Origin: Microcystis aeruginosa NIES-843
Lineage (GTDB): Bacteria > Cyanobacteriota > Cyanobacteriia > Cyanobacteriales > Microcystaceae
Reading direction: 5' to 3'
DNA: 32,000 nt
Assembly: GCF_000010625.1 (NCBI RefSeq)
Contig: NC_010296.1
Coordinates: 4,260,001 to 4,292,000 of the forward strand
Shown: positions 24,496-32,000 of the stretch, in pieces
How positions within the stretch are numbered: the stretch's first letter is position 1
Layout: the number at the start of each line of letters is the position of its first letter
Made by a program: the position numbers and the translations under genes
Notes under the pieces: generated by a model
The model's database searches: none
What the model saw: only the letters and a program-made list of their open reading frames with translations
What the model was told of the DNA's origin: nothing

Positions 24496-25552
24496 AAAGT
24501 ACCATTTCTCTGGTGGCTTCTGCATCTATGGGTTTAATCAGATACAATCGCAGGAGATCCCCGACCATACCTAACTGTAAGGGTAACTTACCCATTGTTT
24601 TTAGCCATTGGGGAACGCTACTTTCATCGATCGCTTTTAATTGTAAATTACGTTCGGCACAACGGTTTAAACGGGGGAAAAATTGGGGATGGTCCACATT
24701 TAAAATAGTTGGAAAAGCGCGAGCGGAGGTATTATTAGTCTGACGAATTACCTCTTGATCAAAAGCGATCGCATCCATTCCTAAAGCATCATAAAAGTCT
24801 GAGCGTTCCCGTACAGTTAAACTATGGGTAGCAAAGACGGAAAGCAGGAAAAAACGGCTCCATAATCTCGATCGCCAATTATTCCACAATTGCGGTTTAG
24901 CGCGCAGTAAGGTTTTAAAGATATCTCCGTGGCGATTTTCGTCTTGACACCAACTCTCGAAGTAATTAAAAAGAGGATTAAATTTATACTGGGGATGTTC
25001 TTCTAAATAACGATAAATGAGAATATACCGCCAATAACCGATTTTTTCGGAGAGATAGACCGTATATAACACCCATTCAAGGGGGAAAAAGGTGTAGGTA
25101 CGGGTTTTAGTAATTTTGGCTAAATCGAGGGAAATATTAAAGTCAGCCATGGCTTTATTGAGAAATCCTGCATGGCGCGCCTCATATCTAACCATAAGAT
25201 GAAATATCTCCCCTAACAAGGGATTACGGCTTTTTAGTTGTCGTGACAGTTCCTTAAATAACAAAAAGCCAGAAAATTCGGAGATACAGGAGCGTTCTAG
25301 GTAATCTATAAAGGCATTTCTCGTTTTTTCATCGAGATTATCTTGATAGTTCTCAAATTCTTGCTGACGTTCAAAGTGATGCCGGTTGTAATCGGTCCGC
25401 ATCTCCTCTAACATCGCTTTGATTTCGGTTTCTTGCAGAGAAAGGTCAAAATTAGCGGCAGCCTCAAAATCGGTGGTATAGAAACGAGGAGTGAGGATAG
25501 TTTCGCGCAGAACAGCTTTTTTCTGGGAGGGGGGTTCAACGGTAGTGACCAT
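24494..25552 (-). CDS. acsF: Mg-protoporphyrin IX monomethyl ester (oxidative) cyclase, AcsF family
   Basis: Hallmark N-terminus ETILTPRFYTTDF, di-iron carboxylate-type blocks (EFSGFLLFKELS, EARHAGF, DENRHGD). 352 aa. Confidence 0.9.
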   Translation of the reverse strand: MVTTVEPPSQKKAVLRETILTPRFYTTDFEAAANFDLSLQETEIKAMLEEMRTDYNRHHFERQQEFENYQDNLDEKTRNAFIDYLERSCISEFSGFLLFKELSRQLKSRNPLLGEIFHLMVRYEARHAGFLNKAMADFNISLDLAKITKTRTYTFFPLEWVLYTVYLSEKIGYWRYILIYRYLEEHPQYKFNPLFNYFESWCQDENRHGDIFKTLLRAKPQLWNNWRSRLWSRFFLLSVFATHSLTVRERSDFYDALGMDAIAFDQEVIRQTNNTSARAFPTILNVDHPQFFPRLNRCAERNLQLKAIDESSVPQWLKTMGKLPLQLGMVGDLLRLYLIKPIDAEATREMVL

Positions 25553-25636
25553 GATGGAAATTACTTGACTACATAGCTATATAGGATTTTAAACATAAAT
25601 AGGTAAGCCAATGATAATTATTAAGTTTTATCAATA
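25532..25636. repeat. 105-bp acsF start/upstream segment, copy 1 (partner at 27875..27979)
   Basis: Aligned by eye with 27875-27979: 105 bp with 7 internal mismatches. It includes the acsF ATG and the first 7 codons. Confidence 0.85.
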
Positions 25637-25683
25637 GTTATCAATAGTTTTCGGGGTGTGAGACTAGAGGATTTTAGGGATTG
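25636..25683. repeat. 48-bp fragment derived from the small-gene array (matches 21492..21539)
   Basis: agttatcaatagttttcggggtgtgagactagagGattttagggattg versus 21492-21539, one mismatch. It covers the A/B intergenic spacer plus the last 10 nt (TAA stop, the two C-terminal codons N-P and one further nt) of a B-type copy. Confidence 0.85.
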
Positions 25684-25759
25684 CCGCTCAAAGATTGGGT
25701 ACTATCCAAGCAAGTACCTAAAACTAGAAAAGGGATGAAGTGGCAGTTTTTTGCGATGC

Positions 25760-27724
25760 TTAAAATGTGACTGCGATAATTAAACCGGAGACTAATAAGC
25801 CAAAACCGCTAACCAAAGACCAAAAACGGGGATAAAACCGAATATTTCCGCCAGAGTGAGTTATTTGACTCCATTCGAGACGAGGAGATAAATCGCGACG
25901 AAACCAACCGAGAACTCGTACAGATGTATTATTTATTGCTGCCATGGGGGAGTTAGTAGTCCTGATTTTATGCCAAAAACCAAAACGATAGTTAGGAGCG
26001 AGGGGAATTATGCCGGTGCTATCTTTAAGAAAGAAATTCTTTCCTTGAGCAATTAACTCACCGCGGAGTCGGACGGGGATAGCTGGGAGGGGATGACTGT
26101 AAGGATTATCAGTTAAAGAAAAAATATCGCTGAAACCAGCATTGTTGAGACGAGGATAACTGGCTAATCGATTGATAATTATACCCAAACCCCCACCGAC
26201 TAAAATTAGGCCCAATGCACCCCAAGAGCTAAATTTCAGCCAAAGAAAACCAGCTATGACAACCCCAATAATAAAGCCTAGTCCCGAAGCATAATATAAA
26301 CACAGTCGTAGACAAAAGTTTTGATAGAGTTTCTTGGGATTTAATTCCATTTTTTTGCGTAATACTTCCCCCAGACTAAATTCTATATCCAGATCCATCT
26401 GTCGGGCATAGTTAGTTAAAGCGCGAATCCTTTCACCAGTCAGGGGATGATTAGATTGCAACTCTAACCATTTTGCCCAAGGGTTATATATATCCCAGAG
26501 AAAACTCTGTCCGATCCGGCGAGACTCCAATGCGATACCATAAACGTTACCGGCAATGATCGCATCCTGCTCCAGGGCAATATTTAATACTTTTGTACTC
26601 AATAACAGGGGACTAAACTGGGCAGTTTCTTGGACTAAACCAAAGGCAATTTTTACTAAAGCGCGGGCCAAAGCATTGGGATTACCGGTAACTTGGGCAG
26701 CAAAATGATCGGCGAAGTATTCTCTAGTACGAGACAGATAAAGACAGCAAAAAACAATAATTGGCCTAAAAATAGTGATAATTGATGAGAGAAGGGCTAG
26801 AAAAACTGTGTCTTTAAAATTATTACCTTGATTTTGGGCAAAAGAATCGAGATAACAGCTTAAATGGTCGAAACTAGCACAGATAGTCATCAGGGCAAAG
26901 TCTCCCTGCCAAATATGCCCTAATTCATGAGCATATACCGTCGCTAGTTCCTCATCGTCGAGATAGGTAAATAAACCTCTGCTAACTACTAAGCGAGCAT
27001 TACCCCGTCGAGAGCCATAGGTAAAAGCGAGGGGCTGTCCTTCTTCGATAATGCCTAGTTTTGGCGGTTTTAACCCTTTTTCTCGGCATATACGCCCAAT
27101 TACCGCCGCCGATTCTGGGCTATACCGTTTAATTTCCGCTAAGGACACCCAATGCACTCGATAAAGACGTTTTTGTGTCCAATCAATTAGATTCGGGGCG
27201 ATAAAAAGGATGAGTCCGCCTAAGAAACCGCTCAAGAGCAAGGCAATAATTACACCCGTCCCCGCAGGGATGAGGAGCAAACGGGTAATTACAAAAAAAA
27301 GACCACAGACTATAGCATAAAAAGCCGTAATTGTCAATAGTTTAGCAAAAATAAGTCTATTTTCGGGGATAGTCCGGGATAACCGGACACTTACCCGTGC
27401 TGCTCGTGCTGCCTTGGGCAGCGCTCGAAATTTGACCCCATTAGTGACAATACCGATGGTTTTTTGTTCAGCACTAAAGATTGTCAGTAATCGTTTGGCC
27501 CACTGACTAACTTCCTGATCAAGATGATTTTCTAATTCCAGAGCTAGGGCGATCGCTTGTTGCCGTTGATTATTGCTGCGATAGGCCCGAACAAGAGCCA
27601 TTTTAGCTTGAATATATAAGGGAGAATGAAAATTAGCCGACTGTTGGCAATATTCTTCCAGTAATTCTACAGCCCTTGCGTAATCCTTTAGGCGTAGATA
27701 TTTTAATCCTTCTTCCAGTGACAT
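25760..27724 (-). CDS. M48-family zinc metalloprotease with N-terminal TPR-like segment and multiple TM helices
   Basis: HEXXH motif in VYAHELGHIWQGD, a downstream EYFADHFAA (third-ligand Glu region), and several TM segments. 654 aa. Confidence 0.8.
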   Translation of the reverse strand: MSLEEGLKYLRLKDYARAVELLEEYCQQSANFHSPLYIQAKMALVRAYRSNNQRQQAIALALELENHLDQEVSQWAKRLLTIFSAEQKTIGIVTNGVKFRALPKAARAARVSVRLSRTIPENRLIFAKLLTITAFYAIVCGLFFVITRLLLIPAGTGVIIALLLSGFLGGLILFIAPNLIDWTQKRLYRVHWVSLAEIKRYSPESAAVIGRICREKGLKPPKLGIIEEGQPLAFTYGSRRGNARLVVSRGLFTYLDDEELATVYAHELGHIWQGDFALMTICASFDHLSCYLDSFAQNQGNNFKDTVFLALLSSIITIFRPIIVFCCLYLSRTREYFADHFAAQVTGNPNALARALVKIAFGLVQETAQFSPLLLSTKVLNIALEQDAIIAGNVYGIALESRRIGQSFLWDIYNPWAKWLELQSNHPLTGERIRALTNYARQMDLDIEFSLGEVLRKKMELNPKKLYQNFCLRLCLYYASGLGFIIGVVIAGFLWLKFSSWGALGLILVGGGLGIIINRLASYPRLNNAGFSDIFSLTDNPYSHPLPAIPVRLRGELIAQGKNFFLKDSTGIIPLAPNYRFGFWHKIRTTNSPMAAINNTSVRVLGWFRRDLSPRLEWSQITHSGGNIRFYPRFWSLVSGFGLLVSGLIIAVTF

Positions 27725-27874
27725 AGAGATCCCTTAGCTGTTTATCTATCTTTAGAGATACCCAAAATCGTAGGAAAGATTAAAGGAGTTGGTTGGGGAA
27801 GTGGGGGTGTGGGGGTGTGGGGATTTTTCAGTGAGCAGTAAACAGTAAACAGTAATCAGTGAACTTAAAACTCT

Positions 27875-27979
27875 GGGTTCGACGGTAGTTACCATGATAG
27901 AAATTACTTGACTACATAGTTATATAGGATTTTAAGCATAAATAGGTAAGCCAATGATAATTATTCATTTTTATCAATA
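27875..27979. repeat. 105-bp acsF start/upstream segment, copy 2, located upstream of the M48 protease gene
   Basis: See 25532..25636. It retains ATGGTAACTACCGTCGAACCC (MVTTVEP) on the minus strand, opening a 47-codon ORF (27752..27895) that runs through repeat DNA. Confidence 0.85.
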
Positions 27980-28084
27980 TTTTGGGCAGTAGCGATCAAG
28001 GGAATCGGACAAGGGAGCGAGCCGATTAGGGAAATAGGGAGTAGAATAGAAAGGTTGTGAGTCTATAACTATCGTTAAAATACT

Positions 28085-28267
28085 ATGGCTTGTCCCAAGA
28101 AGAAAACCTCAAATGCCAAGCGCGACCAACGGAGAGCGCACTGGAGAAAGCAAGCGGCTCGGGAAGCGCAAAAAGCCTTATCTTTGGGTAAATCTGTCCT
28201 TTCTGGTCGTTCTAACAGCTTTGTCTATCCCACTAAAGAGGAAGAAGAAGGGGAAGACGAGGAATAA
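28085..28267 (+). CDS. rpmF: 50S ribosomal protein L32
   Basis: [24 protein letters not shown] is the conserved L32 N-terminus. 60 aa with an acidic tail. Confidence 0.9.
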   Translation: MACPKKKTSNAKRDQRRAHWRKQAAREAQKALSLGKSVLSGRSNSFVYPTKEEEEGEDEE

Positions 28268-28355
28268 CTTGATGGTGGGGAGTGAGGTAGAGAAAACCTT
28301 TTCGCTCCCTAATATTTTAAGATTTGTTGAGAATTTTCGTCGCGAGTCTCAAATA

Positions 28356-28955
28356 ATGTTAGGCAAATTCTTTAAAAAACCAGAATCTCCCGATCAAGAC
28401 CGAGTTCCCCCGGGCCAATATCTCGCTAGTGGTTTTCCTGTGCTTACCTACGGGGATACTCCCCAAATCAAGACCGAGAACTGGTTATTCAAGGTTTGGG
28501 GAAAGGTGGCCACGACTAAAACTTTTAACTGGTCGGACTTTATGGCCCTACCGCAGTCGGAATTTACCAAGGATTTTCACTGTGTAACCCGTTGGTCAAA
28601 ATTAGATGTGACTTGGACGGGAGTTAAGGTATCGGATTTTATGGCCTTAATTGACCTGTTGCCGGAAGCTACCCACGTTATGCAACACTGTTACGGGGGT
28701 TATACCACTAACCTGACCCTAGAGGAATTCCTGCACGAGGATAATTTTTTCGCTTTTCAACTGTTTGGTCAACCTTTACCCCCCGACCACGGGGGGCCGC
28801 TGCGCTTAGTTGTCCCCCATCTCTACGCTTGGAAAAGTTCTAAATGGATTAATGGCTTAGAATTTCTCGATCGAGAGCAATCCGGTTTCTGGGAACGTAA
28901 TGGCTACCATCGACGGGGTGATCCCTGGTTAGAGGAACGTTATGGCGGTTTTTAA
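28356..28955 (+). CDS. Sulfite-oxidase-like molybdopterin-binding oxidoreductase (small, ~199 aa)
   Basis: From the ATG at 28356: MLGKFFKKPE...RVPPGQYLASGFPVLTYG, FHCVTRWSKLDVTWTGV, GGPLRLVVPHLYAWKSSKWI, GFWERNGYH. The upstream part of the track ORF overlaps rpmF and is rejected. An alternative start is at 28272. Confidence 0.8.
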   Translation: MLGKFFKKPESPDQDRVPPGQYLASGFPVLTYGDTPQIKTENWLFKVWGKVATTKTFNWSDFMALPQSEFTKDFHCVTRWSKLDVTWTGVKVSDFMALIDLLPEATHVMQHCYGGYTTNLTLEEFLHEDNFFAFQLFGQPLPPDHGGPLRLVVPHLYAWKSSKWINGLEFLDREQSGFWERNGYHRRGDPWLEERYGGF

Positions 28956-29071
28956 CCAGTTTTGGCTTAAAATCGGGTGAGATAAGCAATCAAGTCCGGT
29001 AATTCCTAGCATTAAAACAAGCAAAAGTCAAGGGGGAAGCAACAAATTTTTACACGATCGCAACTGGGTAA

Positions 29072-30514
29072 TTATAATCTCCGAATTGCCTGATCACAAT
29101 ATTGAACATATCCTGCTAACCCCAATGCTTGATATAATTCCCGCGCTTGAAGATATGCTTCTTTCGCTTCCGATATACGATCGAGTTTATAGTAGGTAAA
29201 CCCCAGATTAAACCAAGATTTCGCTTCACCCCCCCGATCACCGATTTCCCGTTTGATTGCTAAGGACTGTTGATAAAACTCGATCGCTTTTTGGTATTCT
29301 CCTAGGGAATAGTAAACATTGCCTAAATTACCGTAGGATTTCGCTTCACCCCCCCGATCATCGATTTCCCGTGTGATTGCTAAGGACTGTTGATGAAACT
29401 TGATCGCTTTTTGGTATTCTCCTAGGGAATAGTAAACAGCGCCTAAATTATTGTAGGAATTCGCTTCACCCCCCCGATCACCGATTTCCCGTTTGATTGC
29501 TAAGGACTGTTGATAAAACTCGATCGCTTTTTGGTATTCTCCTAGGGAATCGTAAACAGTGCCTAAATTATTGTAGGAATTCGCTTCTCTCGACGGATCT
29601 TCGATTTTCTGAAAGATTGCTAAGGACTGTTGGTAAAACTCGATCGCTTTTTGGTATTCTCCTAGGAAATAGTAAATACCTGCTAATGAGTCGAGACTTG
29701 CAACTAAATCAAGTTCTAGATTTAACTCTTTTTGTAAATCGATCGCTTTTTGATAATACTCGATCGCAAGCTGTTGTTCCTGACGATAATCTACCAATGG
29801 CGATCGATATAATAAACGAAGGTTATAAATCTTAGCTAAACTGGCATATAAACTCGCTAGTCTTGGCTCTTTTTTGCCTTTATTTACCTCGATTTGCTCG
29901 ATTAGTTCTAACAAGTCTTCCTTAGAGATTGAAGGAATATCTTTATCTATAGTAATTTCGTCAAAAGATTGTAAAATTGGTAAAAATTCCTGAGAAGGTA
30001 AAAAGTTACTTGGAGGAGAAATAAAGCGAAAAACTCCTTTTCTCCAACTCCAAAAATCGGGGGACTTTTTGCGTAAATTTACTTCCACTGTGTTTGTTAC
30101 CCAAAGAACAATGGAATAGGGAAATTCTCGCAGTCCTTCCCTTGTCCATTGCAGATAACCAAAAAATTTATCTAGTTCCGATTTTTCCCGTTGCCATTCG
30201 ATCGAGTGTAATTTTTCCACTCCTGTGGTTGTGATCACGGCGTTTTTGCTTTGTAATAACTCTGGTTTTCTGGAGACTAAACTAGCAATTGCTGCTCTTA
30301 AACTCGGTTCTTTTTGATCTAAATCAATCCGATAACAAGGGATTACTGGTTCTAATTCTTTGCTATAGCGATCGATGATTTCTTTTCGCAATTTTTCCTG
30401 ATCACACACACAAATCAATATATTTAATCTCTCTTGATTTGCCTCTAGAGACACGATTAAACCTTCGTATTCTCTTTCATTTTGGTCAATAATTGAAGAT
30501 GTTTCATTATTCAT
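29072..30514 (-). CDS. TPR-repeat protein with uncharacterised ~230-aa N-terminal domain
   Basis: The C-terminal half contains at least five 40-aa units (GEYQKAIEFYQQSLAIKREIGDRGGEANSYNNLGxVYYSL). The N-terminal domain has no classic Walker A but carries a SPDFWSWRKGVFRF motif that I have seen in cyanobacterial STAND-associated proteins (from memory, unverified). Confidence 0.75.
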   Translation of the reverse strand: MNNETSSIIDQNEREYEGLIVSLEANQERLNILICVCDQEKLRKEIIDRYSKELEPVIPCYRIDLDQKEPSLRAAIASLVSRKPELLQSKNAVITTTGVEKLHSIEWQREKSELDKFFGYLQWTREGLREFPYSIVLWVTNTVEVNLRKKSPDFWSWRKGVFRFISPPSNFLPSQEFLPILQSFDEITIDKDIPSISKEDLLELIEQIEVNKGKKEPRLASLYASLAKIYNLRLLYRSPLVDYRQEQQLAIEYYQKAIDLQKELNLELDLVASLDSLAGIYYFLGEYQKAIEFYQQSLAIFQKIEDPSREANSYNNLGTVYDSLGEYQKAIEFYQQSLAIKREIGDRGGEANSYNNLGAVYYSLGEYQKAIKFHQQSLAITREIDDRGGEAKSYGNLGNVYYSLGEYQKAIEFYQQSLAIKREIGDRGGEAKSWFNLGFTYYKLDRISEAKEAYLQARELYQALGLAGYVQYCDQAIRRL

Positions 30515-30557
30515 AATAAGTGGATAAATGTTAAAAACTGTCAGATACCCCCCTTAG

Positions 30558-30585
30558 GTAGGGTTGATTCATGAATCAACCCTAC
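30558..30585. repeat. 28-bp perfect palindrome, variant of the element at 19275
   Basis: GTAGGGTTGATTCATGAATCAACCCTAC. It differs from 19275-19302 by one change in each arm (A to G, T to C) that keeps the palindrome perfect. Confidence 0.9.
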
Positions 30586-30603
30586 GGATCAAGGAGTGAT
30601 CCG

Positions 30604-30822
30604 CACCCCCCTTATCAAGGGGGATCCCCCCGCCTATCGGCACCCCCCTTATCAAGGGGGATCCCCCCGCCTATCGGCACCCCCCTTATCAAGGGGGATC
30701 CCCCCGCCTATCGGCACCCCCCTTATCAAGGGGGATCCCCCCGCCTATCGGCACCCCCCTTATCAAGGGGGATCCCCCCGCCTATCGGCACCCCCCTTAT
30801 CAAGGGGGGCAGGGGGGATCCA
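30604..30822. repeat. 37-bp tandem repeat, about 5.9 copies, built from nested hairpins
   Basis: The unit CACCCCCCTTATCAAGGGGGATCCCCCCGCCTATCGG starts at 30604, 30641, 30678, 30715, 30752 and 30789. It contains the CCCCCTT-ATC-AAGGGGG hairpin and the GGGGATCCCC palindrome. Confidence 0.9.
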
Positions 30823-30857
30823 TCTTCAATTTAATTATAACTACTTATTTATCCCAT

Positions 30858-32000
30858 TCAAATTGTTCCTCTTTTTTTCATTAACTCAACTACAATCGGA
30901 TGCACGTTATACCAGAGATCGCCATTGCGGTATTCCAAAATATATAAACCATGCAACAGATCTAGAAAATTTTGATCCTTGAGATCCTTCGGTTTTGACT
31001 TTTTATAAACAGTTTTAATAATTTCCTCATCTGCTGTACCGATACTTTCAGCAAAATCGAGACTAAGTTCTGTGATTGATTGTTCTAAAACAGCTTGATT
31101 AATTTTTAGGGTATTATCATCAGGATAACGACGAACCGATCGCAAACAAACCCGACAGCAATCATTAGTAATGCGAATTAATTCTCGTAACACTCCCCCA
31201 CTGTAAAGACAAATTTTTTCGAGGGTGTCAGGATCGATTAAAGCGGGATCGATGCGCTTAGTGATAATCTCGGTTAAAGTAGCAATAATTTGCGGATCGG
31301 GTATAGCATTAGGTGAATTAATGTCTCCCTGTTTAAAGAGTTTATATACAGGCATTTGTACGATCTGATCGTTGGTTTCTGTTTGGAGAGTTGCCTTTAA
31401 AGCTACTTCTCTTAAAGCGGCGATCGGAATAGTCATAATAATCCGAAAACTGGGCAACATAATCGCTTTAATATGGGATTGAAAAATATCCCTTACCTGT
31501 GCCAAGTCAATTTTATCAATGTCATCAACAATTACTAAGATTTTTTTCTGACTTTGGGACTCGATCGCACTAGCTATAATGTTAATTTGGGCAACTAAAT
31601 CGTTAATTCTCCGCTCATACTTTTGTTTGATTTCCTCCCGAATAGTCGAATTAATCTTGAGAATTCCTTTAATGTGAGCTAGTAAAGAAGAAAAGTTAAA
31701 ACCCGTTTCGACAGTGGCATCTGCTTGATTGGTTTCGGTGCGAATTTGTTCAGCAAACCATTGATAAAAGCTTTTTTTAATAGAATCTTTAATAGTTAAA
31801 TTTTGGGCTTCCGCTTCTGACATCATCTGAACGGCGATCGAGAATAAAATATTAACATGATTTACGTCTGACATTTCGATCGTGTCTGAGATCGAGAAGA
31901 AAACAACAAAATAGCGATCATCTAACTTTCTTTTAAATTCGTAGAGTAGGGTTGACTTACCACAACCCCGATGTCCTGCTAGAATAATTTTTCCGTCTTC
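30858..32000 (-). CDS. P-loop NTPase (AAA/STAND-like), 5' end outside the window
   Basis: The frame stays open upstream of the track Met to the window edge. Hand translation gives EDGKIILAGHRGCGKSTLLYEFKRKL (Walker A GxxGxGKS). A Walker-B-like KKILVIVDDIDKID follows, then a helical C-terminal region. Confidence 0.75.
   Translation of the reverse strand, partial: EDGKIILAGHRGCGKSTLLYEFKRKLDDRYFVVFFSISDTIEMSDVNHVNILFSIAVQMMSEAEAQNLTIKDSIKKSFYQWFAEQIRTETNQADATVETGFNFSSLLAHIKGILKINSTIREEIKQKYERRINDLVAQINIIASAIESQSQKKILVIVDDIDKIDLAQVRDIFQSHIKAIMLPSFRIIMTIPIAALREVALKATLQTETNDQIVQMPVYKLFKQGDINSPNAIPDPQIIATLTEIITKRIDPALIDPDTLEKICLYSGGVLRELIRITNDCCRVCLRSVRRYPDDNTLKINQAVLEQSITELSLDFAESIGTADEEIIKTVYKKSKPKDLKDQNFLDLLHGLYILEYRNGDLWYNVHPIVVELMKKRGTI

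Noticed and set aside
27752-27895. 47-codon ORF starting with the duplicated acsF start (MVTTVEP...)
   Set aside because: After seven codons it reads through heptamer and octamer repeat DNA. It is most likely a by-product of the duplication rather than a gene, and is kept only as part of the duplication finding.
28113-28355. 5' extension of the molybdopterin oxidoreductase ORF (280-aa version)
   Set aside because: It overlaps rpmF in another frame, and homologs as I recall them are about 200 aa and begin like MLGKFFKKPE. I chose the start at 28356.
3505-29835. Antisense shadow ORFs: 3505..3771, 10471..10740, 11745..12002, 12132..12356, 12679..12861, 12840..13022, 13240..13479, 14020..14295, 14225..14419, 15096..15287, 19800..20006, 20764..21012, 21274..21456, 21537..21785, 24513..24743, 29497..29835
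   Set aside because: Each lies wholly or mostly inside a longer, motif-supported gene, either on the opposite strand or in another frame. Their composition is low-complexity or odd, and none has a recognisable domain.
30604-30822. Possible CRISPR array (regular 37-bp periodicity with palindromic units)
   Set aside because: The units abut directly with no unique spacers, and no cas genes are nearby. It is a simple tandem repeat.
30571-30982. Two long plus-strand ORFs (87 and 128 aa) with proline/glycine-rich repeats (PPYQGGSPRLSAPPLSRGIPPPIGTPLIKGD)
   Set aside because: They are translations of the 37-bp tandem hairpin repeat. Because 37 is not a multiple of 3, the apparent peptide repeat cycles through the frames. 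There is no start context, and one overlaps the NTPase gene on the other strand.

Overview
Cyanobacterial chromosomal segment. Evidence: petG, acsF, dapL, frequent HIP1 GCGATCGC sites, DUF29 genes, and heptamer/octamer intergenic repeats. The repeat style and roughly 40% GC look like Microcystis; that is my recognition, not a computed result. Nearly all genes from 1158 to 27724 and from 29072 to the window end are on the minus strand. Housekeeping genes: petG (missing from the ORF track), an ARD/MtnD-like cupin, tRNA-Ala(CGC), coaX, a metallophosphoesterase, dapL, a CSP41-like SDR, acsF, an M48 protease, rpmF and a small molybdopterin oxidoreductase. Accessory material is interleaved with these. 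(1) An AT-rich envelope-glycosylation island lies next to the tRNA. It has two SDR epimerases, a GtrA-GT2 fusion and two large polytopic GT-C-like proteins. Two IS elements with intact target-site duplications have hit it, and one splits a ~740-codon gene whose frame is restored by in-silico excision. (2) A DUF29 pair, one copy frameshifted, shares a near-identical 5' end and then diverges abruptly. (3) Two tandem type IV pilin genes are separated by octamer repeat tracts. (4) The most unusual item is a head-to-tail array of six cassettes (one disrupted by an 87-bp MITE, one truncated). They encode small coiled-coil proteins with a C-terminal membrane anchor and variable 33-bp (11-aa, KID-containing) internal repeats, most with their own -10/RBS. 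Array fragments also bracket a 2-kb block holding a GC-richer orphan ORF and acsF. (5) A P-loop NTPase (runs off the window) plus a TPR protein are separated by 37-bp tandem hairpin repeats; this is a candidate STAND-like module. No CRISPR array, rRNA or prophage was seen. All functional calls rest on motif and family recognition by eye; no searches were run.
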